Below, one piece after another: positions 18,320 through 26,340 of a stretch of DNA of 64,000 nt (the stretch's first letter is position 1; the number at the start of each line of letters is the position of its first letter). The position numbers were made by a program, and so were the translations under genes. Below the pieces are notes generated by a model. It saw nothing but the letters and a program-made list of their open reading frames with translations. It was not told the DNA's origin and searched no databases. Origin of the DNA: Candidatus Dojkabacteria bacterium (GTDB lineage Bacteria; Patescibacteriota; Dojkabacteria; SC72); the NCBI GenBank assembly GCA_016182915.1, contig JACPFP010000002.1, positions 155,188 to 219,187 on the forward strand. The letters run 5' to 3'.

Positions 18320-18357
18320 CATTAGACTATAAACTTCTAAATTTAAATCCCTTAGAT

Positions 18358-18522
18358 ATGGCAAAAGTAAAAAGAAATATAATCGCCTTAAAATGTGAAG
18401 TCTGTTCTAATAAGAACTACACAATGTACAAGACGAAAAACGTTAAGGAGAAGATCGTTAAAAGTAAGTTCTGCAGCTTCTGCAAGAAGCATACAGATCA
18501 TAAAGAAACGAAAGCCAATTAG
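18358..18522 (+). CDS. rpmG: 50S ribosomal protein L33
   Basis: Unlisted small ORF MAKVKRNIIALKCEVCSNKNYTMYKTKNVKEKIVKSKFCSFCKKHTDHKETKAN. It has the L33 Cys4 zinc-ribbon pattern and sits in the conserved position before tRNA-Trp/secE. Confidence 0.85.
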   Translation: MAKVKRNIIALKCEVCSNKNYTMYKTKNVKEKIVKSKFCSFCKKHTDHKETKAN

Positions 18523-18531
18523 AAATAACTA

Positions 18532-18607
18532 GGGCCCATAGTTTCAATTGGTAAAACAACGGTCTCCAAAACCGTATTTTCCCGTTCGAGTCGGGATGGG
18601 CCTGCCA
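18532..18607 (+). tRNA. tRNA-Trp (anticodon CCA)
   Basis: Acceptor GGGCCCA/TGGGCCT, anticodon stem ACGGT/ACCGT with loop CTCCAAA, T-arm TCCCG-TTCGAGT-CGGGA, 3' CCA. Confidence 0.9.
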
Positions 18608-18638
18608 AAAAATCAAAATTAATAGTATATTTAATAGT

Positions 18639-18809
18639 ATGGCAAATGTAATAAAAGATATAGGACAGGAGCTTAAGAATACTTCCTGGCCAACAAGAAA
18701 GAACCTGTTTATGCTGGTACTGTACACGGTATTGGTTTGTGGTATAATCAGTCTGCTAATTCTAGGGTTAGACATTTTCCTTTTGAGATTAAGAGATATA
18801 ATTTTGTAG
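18639..18809 (+). CDS. secE: preprotein translocase subunit SecE (single-TM short form)
   Basis: 56-aa ORF MANVIKDIGQELKNTSWPTRKNLFMLVLYTVLVCGIISLLILGLDIFLLRLRDIIL, located between tRNA-Trp and nusG. Confidence 0.8.
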   Translation: MANVIKDIGQELKNTSWPTRKNLFMLVLYTVLVCGIISLLILGLDIFLLRLRDIIL

Positions 18810-18819
18810 AGATATTTAC

Positions 18820-19374
18820 ATGCCTAAGAAAGTTAAAAAAGAGAATTTGAATCTGAAGTGGTACGTACTCAACGTCCAGTCAGGACACGAAAGTAGTATC
18901 GCAAAAGCAATACAGCAAAGAGTTGAAGCGACTGGCAGTGAAGACAAGATGTCTGAAATTCTAATCCCTACACAGAAAAAGATTGTTGTTAAAGGTGGAA
19001 AACAGAGTATCAAGGAAGAGAGAATCTTCCCGGGATATGTACTAATCAAGATGGATTTAAGCGACGAGACATGGAGTTTGATTGCAAATACAGAAGGAGT
19101 GAAGGGATTTGTTAAAGTTGATAAGTTCCCACGACCACTTCCAGAAAACGAAGTAAAAGCAATTATGAAATTCATGGAAGTTGAGCAACCAACATATCAA
19201 ACCTCATTCAGTGTTGGAGAAGCAGTTAAGATCAATGATGGTGCATTTGCAGACTTCATTGGAAGTGTACAGAGAATCGATGAATCGAAGGGGAAGATTA
19301 CAGTTTTGATATCATTTTTGGGCCGAGAAGCACCTGTTGAATTAGAATTCACCCAGGTAAGTAAAATTAAGTAA
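18820..19374 (+). CDS. nusG: transcription termination/antitermination factor NusG
   Basis: NGN domain (KWYVLNVQSGHE) and a C-terminal KOW domain. Confidence 0.95.
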   Translation: MPKKVKKENLNLKWYVLNVQSGHESSIAKAIQQRVEATGSEDKMSEILIPTQKKIVVKGGKQSIKEERIFPGYVLIKMDLSDETWSLIANTEGVKGFVKVDKFPRPLPENEVKAIMKFMEVEQPTYQTSFSVGEAVKINDGAFADFIGSVQRIDESKGKITVLISFLGREAPVELEFTQVSKIK

Positions 19375-19391
19375 GTTTATATTAAATAGTA

Positions 19392-19814
19392 ATGGCAAAA
19401 AAAGTAACAAAAGTTCTAAAACTACTCATCCCAGCAGGTGCAGCAACACCAGCTCCTCCAATTGGACCAACCCTTGCACCATATGGAATCAGTACACAAC
19501 AGTTCTGCCAGGAGTTCAACGAAAAAACAAGAGAAAATAATGGAGTTTTAACACCAGTAGTACTAACAATCTACGAGGATAGAACATTCACATTTATTAC
19601 AAAAACTCCACCTACATCGGAACTAATCAGAAGAGAGATAAAGATACCTAAGGGTTCAGCAAGTCCAAACCTACAGAAAGTTGGTAAGATTACGAAAGAT
19701 CAGGTAAAGAAGATTGCAGAAGCAAAGATGATAGACCTAAACACAACAAACTTAGACCAAGCCGTTAAGATTATAGAAGGAACGGCAAGACAGATGGGTG
19801 TTGAAGTAATTTAA
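19392..19814 (+). CDS. rplK: 50S ribosomal protein L11
   Basis: L11 family sequence (…PAPPIGPTLAPYGI…). Confidence 0.95.
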   Translation: MAKKVTKVLKLLIPAGAATPAPPIGPTLAPYGISTQQFCQEFNEKTRENNGVLTPVVLTIYEDRTFTFITKTPPTSELIRREIKIPKGSASPNLQKVGKITKDQVKKIAEAKMIDLNTTNLDQAVKIIEGTARQMGVEVI

Positions 19815-19835
19815 ATAATATTAGGAAGAATTAAC

Positions 19836-20525
19836 ATGGCACGAAGAGGAAAGAAATATATAAGTATTGCGAAAAAGGTTGAGAGAAAAGAGTACACTCT
19901 TGCCCAGGCAGTAAAGGCGATTAAAGCATCTTCATATTCAACTTTTGTTGGTTCTGCAGAACTACATGTGTCAGTAAACCTTCCTAAAGATAAGGATGCA
20001 AAATCAATTAAAGGAGCAGTCACTCTCCCCCACTCTGTTGCAAAAAAAGTCTCTGTTTATGTATTTACAACTCCTGAGAATGCTAAAGTAGCTTTAGAGG
20101 CAGGTGCAGATAAAGCAGGTCTTGAAGAATTAGTAAAAGAGGTACAAAGCGGAAAGATTAACTTTGATGTTGCAATTGCAACCCCAGATGTTATGGCGAA
20201 AATAGCCGCTTTAGGAAAAGAGTTGGGACCAAAGGGTCTTATGCCTAATCCAAAGACTGGGACCGTTACAACAGATGTAGCAGGAACCGTATCAGCATAT
20301 AAGAAGGGAAAGATGACATTCAAAGCCGACAGTAATGGTGGAATCCATGTTGGAGTAGGAAAGCTTTCCCTTGAAGATGCACAGATTGTTGAAAATATAA
20401 CAACCGCAGTAACTGCAATTGAGGAAGCTCTTGGTAAACAACTTTCAACTATTGTAAAGAGTACATATCTTGCCCCAACAATGGGTAAGGCTGTAAAGTT
20501 CAAGTTTGAGAAAGTGGCAGCTTAA
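19836..20525 (+). CDS. rplA: 50S ribosomal protein L1
   Basis: 229 aa with L1 family sequence. Confidence 0.95.
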   Translation: MARRGKKYISIAKKVERKEYTLAQAVKAIKASSYSTFVGSAELHVSVNLPKDKDAKSIKGAVTLPHSVAKKVSVYVFTTPENAKVALEAGADKAGLEELVKEVQSGKINFDVAIATPDVMAKIAALGKELGPKGLMPNPKTGTVTTDVAGTVSAYKKGKMTFKADSNGGIHVGVGKLSLEDAQIVENITTAVTAIEEALGKQLSTIVKSTYLAPTMGKAVKFKFEKVAA

Positions 20526-20565
20526 GGTTTCCACATATTTGTAATATACCAATTAGATTTCCTAC

Positions 20566-20811
20566 TTAGTCTCCAACTGTTTCAACCGAGGTTGTCATCA
20601 ACTGTACCTGTTTTTTCATTAAATACACTTCGTTTTGAAGATCTACTATATCTTTTTCAATATCTGCAAACTTGAGACTTATTATATACATCATCCTATC
20701 TAGTTTCTTATCCAATTTCTCATCTATCTCTTCCTTAAATGCCCCAAACCGCTTATCCAAGCTCTGATCTAGCATCTCCTGAATTTTCGAAAAGTCTTGA
20801 ATACTTAACAT
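20566..20811 (-). CDS. questionable small coiled-coil ORF antisense within rplA-rplJ intergenic/L10-leader region
   Basis: 81-aa K/E/D-rich ORF. The region is expected to hold the rplJ leader RNA, so the ORF may be spurious. Confidence 0.2.
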   Translation of the reverse strand: MLSIQDFSKIQEMLDQSLDKRFGAFKEEIDEKLDKKLDRMMYIISLKFADIEKDIVDLQNEVYLMKKQVQLMTTSVETVGD

Positions 20812-20938
20812 GTGTAAATGATAATAAATTACTATCTATATTGTACAGAACTGAAATGAAATCTATATGAAGTGAATACTCTTCCCCTACTACTCTACGC
20901 ATATAGATATACATTAGAAATATATATAGGTTAAAAGG

Positions 20939-20968
20939 TTGACATCATAGTTTTAATTGTAGTATCAT
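20939..20968 (+). promoter_or_regulatory. putative rplJL promoter (TTGACA ... TATCAT)
   Basis: TTGACA at 20939-20944 with a -10-like TATCAT at ~20963-20968 (18-nt spacer). Followed by an ~80-nt leader before rplJ. Confidence 0.45.
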
Positions 20969-21047
20969 CCCTACAGCCGAAGAAACATGGTACAAAAATA
21001 AATCCGTGTGAGGCAAAGAAATTTTTCTAAACTAAATCTATAAAAAT

Positions 21048-21572
21048 ATGTCTAAGAATAGAACTCAGAAATCCGAGTTACTTTCGCAGTATACAGACCT
21101 ACTCAAAAATAACGGAGGTTATCTTTTGGTAGACACAAGCGGTCTAGATACTCCAACTGTAACCAAATTTAAGATTGCTTTGAAAGAATCAGGTTCAGAA
21201 TATACAGTTATAAAGAACTCTGTTTTCAAAATTGCTCTCCAAGAAGCAAATCAACCTGTACAAACACAGGATTTTGATGGACAGACAGCACTAATCAGCT
21301 ATAAAGAAGATCCTACAACCGCAGCAAAATTGATAAAGGCACTACAAGCAGAAACTGAGAAGTTTGGAGCAAAGCTGGGAACAATAAATGGTGCCTATAT
21401 TGATGCCTCCCAAGTAATGCAACTTGCAGAGATACCTTCAAGAGAGGTTCTTCTTGCAAAACTACTCGGATCTATGGTCTCCCCACTCTCAGGAGTTATG
21501 AATGCTATAACAGGTAATGTGAGAGGATTCACTATGGTACTTAAGCAGCTTTCTGAAAAAGAAGCTAAGTAA
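21048..21572 (+). CDS. rplJ: 50S ribosomal protein L10
   Basis: 174 aa with L10 family sequence. Located upstream of rplL. Confidence 0.9.
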   Translation: MSKNRTQKSELLSQYTDLLKNNGGYLLVDTSGLDTPTVTKFKIALKESGSEYTVIKNSVFKIALQEANQPVQTQDFDGQTALISYKEDPTTAAKLIKALQAETEKFGAKLGTINGAYIDASQVMQLAEIPSREVLLAKLLGSMVSPLSGVMNAITGNVRGFTMVLKQLSEKEAK

Positions 21573-21602
21573 TAAATATTTAATTTAATTACACAACTAG
21601 CA

Positions 21603-22004
21603 ATGGAAGAGAAAAATTTACCAAAGCTATCAGCAGATGCACAGAAAGTTCTTGAAGCTGTAGAGAAAATGACAGTTTTAGAACTTGCAGATCTTGTCAA
21701 AGTAATGGAAGACAAGTTCGGAGTAAGCGCAGCCGCTCCAGTAGCCGTTGCAGCAGCTCCAGCAGCAGCAGCAGAGGAAGTTGAAGAGAAAACAATGTTT
21801 AACATTGTTCTTCAAGATGCAGGTGCAAACAAGATCAGCGTGATCAAGGTTGTAAGAGAGTTGACAGAACTAGGTCTCAAAGAGGCTAAAGATCTCGTTG
21901 ACGCAGGTGCAGGATCCGTTCTTAAGGAGAATGTACAGAAAGATGCCGCTGAGGAAGCAAAGAAGAAGTTTGAGGAAGCAGGTGCTAAGGTTGAACTTAA
22001 GTAG
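21603..22004 (+). CDS. rplL: 50S ribosomal protein L7/L12
   Basis: Ala-rich hinge ([17 protein letters not shown]) and a C-terminal L12 domain. Confidence 0.95.
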   Translation: MEEKNLPKLSADAQKVLEAVEKMTVLELADLVKVMEDKFGVSAAAPVAVAAAPAAAAEEVEEKTMFNIVLQDAGANKISVIKVVRELTELGLKEAKDLVDAGAGSVLKENVQKDAAEEAKKKFEEAGAKVELK

Positions 22005-22028
22005 TTAGCTTTTCAAATGGAAATTGAA

Positions 22029-22054
22029 AGACCGGAGCAATCCGGTCTTTTTTT
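22029..22054 (+). terminator. rho-independent terminator after rplL
   Basis: AGACCGGA-gcaa-TCCGGTCT hairpin followed by TTTTTT. Confidence 0.8.
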
Positions 22055-22171
22055 ACCTCCTAAAATGATTGAAAATATGCCCCTTAAATGCTATAATTAC
22101 GACATAAATTCCTCACTATGCCCTAGGTACTTTTACCTAGAAAAATCAAATTAAATTAGAATTTTTAAAAT

Positions 22172-22828
22172 ATGACAGAACTAACCCAGTGGCTACTCTC
22201 TCATGGTATTTCTATGGCAGTTTTGGAGATATTAGTATTTGTGCCTATCCTCGCCACCCTTGTAAACCTATCCCGATATTTTATTGGGTTTAAATCCTTT
22301 GGAATCTATGCACCAATAATATTAGGTCTTTCATATAGATATACAGGCCTTAGATACGGTTTAATCATAACTCTTCTTGTGGTACTCTCCTCTCTCATTG
22401 GATACTCCATAATGCGAAGGATACGTATGCACTATCTAGCGAGAGTCGCTATAAACTACTTAATTGTTGCCATTATTCTTCTTTTCGGAATTGCGGGATT
22501 AGACAGTCTTGAAATTTTAGGCTTCACAAACTTTGAAAGCATCAATCCCCTCGCCCTTATCTCCATTGCCGCCCTTTCTGACTTCTTTATAAAAATGTAT
22601 GTAAAAAAGAGCATTGCTGCTACAGTTAGAGTTCTCCTCGAAACCGTTCTAATTTCTGTAATAGGATGGGTGTTGATCTCTTCTGAAACAATAATCGGTT
22701 TTATGTTGAGTAATCTATGGATGTTAGGTGCAATACTTCTCTTCAATCTTCTGATTGGTAGATATACAGGACTACGAATCAAAGAATATTTTAGATTCAG
22801 CTTCGTCGTCAAAAATGACAATAAATGA
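22172..22828 (+). CDS. polytopic (approx. 6-7 TM) membrane protein, partner of RimK-like ATP-grasp
   Basis: 218 aa, almost entirely hydrophobic helices. 14-bp overlap with the downstream ATP-grasp gene suggests translational coupling. Confidence 0.6.
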   Translation: MTELTQWLLSHGISMAVLEILVFVPILATLVNLSRYFIGFKSFGIYAPIILGLSYRYTGLRYGLIITLLVVLSSLIGYSIMRRIRMHYLARVAINYLIVAIILLFGIAGLDSLEILGFTNFESINPLALISIAALSDFFIKMYVKKSIAATVRVLLETVLISVIGWVLISSETIIGFMLSNLWMLGAILLFNLLIGRYTGLRIKEYFRFSFVVKNDNK

Positions 22829-24305
22829 ACTAATCCGTTTAAATAAAGAGGTTCTGGGAATTAATAGACGAAACCAGGCTTTCGTTCGTGAGTTTAATCC
22901 TCTATCTGCGAAAGTAATTGCAGATAACAAGATTATAACCAAAAGGGTTTTAGCGAAGGTTGGGATAAAAAGCGCCGAACTATATAAGGTTATTAGAACG
23001 AAAAAGCAGTTGGAATTCCTTGATTGGGATTCAATACCAAATAGTTTTGTTCTTAAACCAAACCAAGGTACAGGTGGTAATGGAATTGTTGTGTTCTACG
23101 GCAAGAAGAAGGGAAAGTACGAATGGATTAGACCAAACGGTACAACAATGGATCAGAAAGACCTGATCCTACATATTGAAAATATCCTTGATGGGAGATT
23201 TTCAATGGGTAATAGGAACGATCTCGCGATCATCGAAGAAAGAATCAAAACAGACAGCACATTAAAACCCTTCACATATAAGGGAGTCCCTGATGTTAGA
23301 GTCATAGTTTTCAATAAGATTCCACTTCTGGCAATGCTAAGACTTCCAACCAAACGATCAAACGGTACTGCAAACCTTCACTCAGGAGCTATATGTGTAG
23401 GAATCGATATTGCCTCTGGAATTACAAGAGAAGGAATGTACTTAAAAAAGAGCCCTATCATTGAGGATACCTATACAAGCACAGATACCACCCTTGATCT
23501 TGAAGATAATATCCCTCTAATAGGTATTCAAATCCCATATTGGAATGAAATACTTGAGATCGCTGTTAAATCCCAGCAGGCAAGCGGATTAGGTTATATA
23601 GGTGTAGATATCGCTTTAGACAAAGAGAAGGGCCCTATGGTGCTTGAAATCAACGCAAGGCCGGGCTTAGGTATACAGGTAGCAAACAAAATCGGATTAA
23701 GAGCCAGATTAGAACGAGTAAAAGGGATTGAAGTTAAGAGTTTGAGACATGGAGTAAGACTTGCAAAGAATATTTTCGGAGGCGAGGTTGAGGAGGAGAT
23801 TGAAAATATCAGCGGTAAGACAGTTGTTAACCTCATAGAAAAGATTCTCCTTTTCCATAAACCAGAGATAGAGATGTCTAAAAAGAAACAGAAAAAAATC
23901 CTTGCTAAAAAGGAAGTCGTTAAAGCAATGCTTGATACCGGAATAATAACCTCACGTATTGACTGGGGAATAGCATCAAGAATTGGATACTTTAAGGCCT
24001 TGGACTTCTTTAGAAAGCTTGGAATTCCTGAGACCTTCCCAACACTCAAAGATGCACAGGATTATATTGATAAAACTGGAAGTGAAAACATGCTGCATCC
24101 TGAAATTATCAGACTCGCTAAAATCAGTGATGAGACTGGAAACCACATCCTTCCCGTAGTAGAGGTAGAGATAAAAATTGCGGGTGAGGTTAAAAAGGTT
24201 GAAATGGTAGTTAGCAGACAACAAGCCATCATATACCCAGTCCTGATAGGGAGAAAAGAGCTGAATAATTACCTTATAGATACAAGTAAAACATTTACAA
24301 ATTAA
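22815..24305 (+). CDS. RimK-like ATP-grasp amidoligase fused to C-terminal retropepsin-like (DTG) aspartic peptidase domain
   Basis: ATG at 22815 (MTINELIRLNKEVLGINRRNQ...). ATP-grasp core motifs (VLKPNQGTGGNGIVV, VRVIVFNKIPLLAMLRLPT, GVDIALDKEKGPMVLEINARPG). The C-terminal ~150 aa carry a DTG motif (AMLDTGIITSRID) in a retropepsin-like context. Confidence 0.7.
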   Translation: MTINELIRLNKEVLGINRRNQAFVREFNPLSAKVIADNKIITKRVLAKVGIKSAELYKVIRTKKQLEFLDWDSIPNSFVLKPNQGTGGNGIVVFYGKKKGKYEWIRPNGTTMDQKDLILHIENILDGRFSMGNRNDLAIIEERIKTDSTLKPFTYKGVPDVRVIVFNKIPLLAMLRLPTKRSNGTANLHSGAICVGIDIASGITREGMYLKKSPIIEDTYTSTDTTLDLEDNIPLIGIQIPYWNEILEIAVKSQQASGLGYIGVDIALDKEKGPMVLEINARPGLGIQVANKIGLRARLERVKGIEVKSLRHGVRLAKNIFGGEVEEEIENISGKTVVNLIEKILLFHKPEIEMSKKKQKKILAKKEVVKAMLDTGIITSRIDWGIASRIGYFKALDFFRKLGIPETFPTLKDAQDYIDKTGSENMLHPEIIRLAKISDETGNHILPVVEVEIKIAGEVKKVEMVVSRQQAIIYPVLIGRKELNNYLIDTSKTFTN

Positions 24306-24328
24306 CCTTAATACTTTAACCTCAGGAT

Positions 24329-25303
24329 ATGGAAAAAGATTTTTTGAAAATAGCCGGGAATGTACATCTCGCATACTACATTGAAGCTGCTGATATCCTT
24401 GGAATCAAGTATGAAGTTATATTTAGAAACCTAACCGCTCGTTTTGAACATCAAGGTAAACACTGGTTTATAAACAATACCGCCCTACCAGTAAATAACG
24501 CACCCAGCTCAAGATTAGCCAGAGGAAAACACTTTGCAAGTAGAATTCTCGATTTAGCAGGTATCCCAGTACCCCAACAAGCTAGTGTTGAGAATGTAGA
24601 GGAAGCAATCTCTTTCTTTAACGAGCATAATGAGGTTGTAGTTAAGCCTTCTCAAAATCTTGGAGGAAAGGGTATATCAATCCTTCCGGCCAATGCAGAG
24701 GATCTATCCAAGGCATACGAGTATGCTAAAGGCTACGATAAACATGGAAAGGTATTAATTGAGAAGTATATCCACGGAGATAATTATAGACTTCTAGTAG
24801 TCGGAGACACAGTCGTTGGTGTTGTAAGGAGGCTTCCTGCCACTATCACAGGCAGTGGTAGTTCAACTATAAAACAGCTAATTGAAGAGAAAAATATAGA
24901 GAGAAAGGCCCGAATGCTCATGCCAATACCTATAGATGAAGAAACAGTTAAACACCTTCAACATAAAGGGTTTACACTAGACACAGTTCTTCCTGCCGGC
25001 GTGATAACAACAGTCAGATCAAACACAAACCTAACAACAGGTGGTACAACTGAAGAGTGCAGTGAGATTGTCCACCCATACTATAAAGATATTGCAGTAA
25101 AGACAATAAAAGCTCTGGATTTGGAGTTCGCAGGAATAGATTTGATTACCAAAGATATCACTACCCCATCCGAATGTGCCGTTAACGAAGTGAATTACAA
25201 CCCAGGACTAAGACTTCACTATAAAGTAGATAAAGGAGAGATTAAAAAGGTTGCCATTCCTATTATGGAATATATTAGAGATCGCTATGCGAAAACGAAG
25301 TAG
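24329..25303 (+). CDS. stand-alone cyanophycin-synthetase-like (CphA G-domain-like) ATP-grasp ligase
   Basis: YRLLVVGDTVVGVVRRLPATITGSGSSTIKQLIEE..., TNLTTGG and AGIDLITKDITTP resemble CphA ATP-grasp motifs. No Mur-ligase domain is present. Confidence 0.65.
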   Translation: MEKDFLKIAGNVHLAYYIEAADILGIKYEVIFRNLTARFEHQGKHWFINNTALPVNNAPSSRLARGKHFASRILDLAGIPVPQQASVENVEEAISFFNEHNEVVVKPSQNLGGKGISILPANAEDLSKAYEYAKGYDKHGKVLIEKYIHGDNYRLLVVGDTVVGVVRRLPATITGSGSSTIKQLIEEKNIERKARMLMPIPIDEETVKHLQHKGFTLDTVLPAGVITTVRSNTNLTTGGTTEECSEIVHPYYKDIAVKTIKALDLEFAGIDLITKDITTPSECAVNEVNYNPGLRLHYKVDKGEIKKVAIPIMEYIRDRYAKTK

Positions 25304-25362
25304 TTCGATCTATCTTGCTCCGCTCTTTTAACTAAATATTTATAACTCAAACCCGTGTTTAT

Positions 25363-26340
25363 ATGCACAACAACTATTTCGAAGTAAGCGCTGAAAACAA
25401 CTTTGAACTTGGATTACAATTAGGAAAACTGTTTAGAGAAAATTTAAATGAGACCTTAAAGGAGGCTCATCTCAATCCTAACTGGGATCAAGTGGTTGAA
25501 CAATCTTCAATGTATCTCAAGAAGACAAAAGATTTGTTCCCACACCTTATTGAAGAACTCAAAGGATATGCTAAAGGAGCAGACGTCGATTTTATGAATT
25601 TATGGGCGCTTAGCCTTGAGGATGAATTATACTTTGAAGAAAAGTGTTCAACAGTGATTACAAACAATGGCATGTTAGTTGGACACAACGAAGACTATAA
25701 GGATGCAGAAGAAAAAGTCTGTATACTTAAAAAAACGATTAAAGGAAAAACAATCCTCGAACTATACTATCTACATACCCTAGGCGGGAATTCAATCTCT
25801 ATAAACTCAAACGGATATATCCACGCAATTGACTCACTTTCACAATCAGATCGTAAAGTCGGAATTCCCAAGAATGTGATTGCAAGATGGTTCTCTGAAA
25901 CATCATCTCCTTCGGATGATTTTCAAAAATTATCTACTTTAGATAGGTCTTCAGGATTTTGTCATAATATAGTAAACATCACAGGAGAAGTAATAACTAT
26001 TGAATCTACTGCCACAAAACAACTGATTGAGACCATAGAAACTCCTTTCGTACATACAAACCACTATTTAACAGACTTAAAGACTTTTGAAGCCAACGAT
26101 AATTCAACCTGCACATTTGAAAGATTCAAAAGTGCAAGAGAAAATATTAAAGAGCAAATGAAAGTTACAGAGATGCAATCACTCCTTTCATTGAATAATA
26201 ATGGTCCTCAGGCTAGCCTCTTTAACGAAAGAACAGTTGGAAGAATGATTATAGATAATACAGAAAGATTGGCGTATATATGGCTAGGTAGAGAAAAGGA
26301 GAAAGGTTGGATTAAATATAATCTCAATTTTATTGTATGA
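25363..26340 (+). CDS. Ntn-hydrolase-like protein (tentatively peptidase C45/acyltransferase-like)
   Basis: A candidate nucleophile Cys in EEKCSTVITNNGMLVGHNEDY is reminiscent of the C45/linear-amide hydrolase family. The family call is tentative. Confidence 0.4.
   Translation: MHNNYFEVSAENNFELGLQLGKLFRENLNETLKEAHLNPNWDQVVEQSSMYLKKTKDLFPHLIEELKGYAKGADVDFMNLWALSLEDELYFEEKCSTVITNNGMLVGHNEDYKDAEEKVCILKKTIKGKTILELYYLHTLGGNSISINSNGYIHAIDSLSQSDRKVGIPKNVIARWFSETSSPSDDFQKLSTLDRSSGFCHNIVNITGEVITIESTATKQLIETIETPFVHTNHYLTDLKTFEANDNSTCTFERFKSARENIKEQMKVTEMQSLLSLNNNGPQASLFNERTVGRMIIDNTERLAYIWLGREKEKGWIKYNLNFIV

Noticed and set aside
13495-18350. Integrated mobile element or prophage remnant near the tRNA genes.
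   Set aside because: No integrase, transposase or recombinase-like ORF and no tRNA-fragment duplication were found. Only a 21-bp direct repeat pair and GC-richer orphans were seen. This is therefore reported as a low-confidence cassette hypothesis, not as a mobile element.
22755-22814. Longer N-terminus for the RimK-like ATP-grasp (track start 22755).
   Set aside because: It would overlap the 7TM gene by 74 bp. The internal ATG at 22815, with family-typical N-terminus MTINELIRLNKEVLGINRRN, gives a normal 14-bp coupling overlap.
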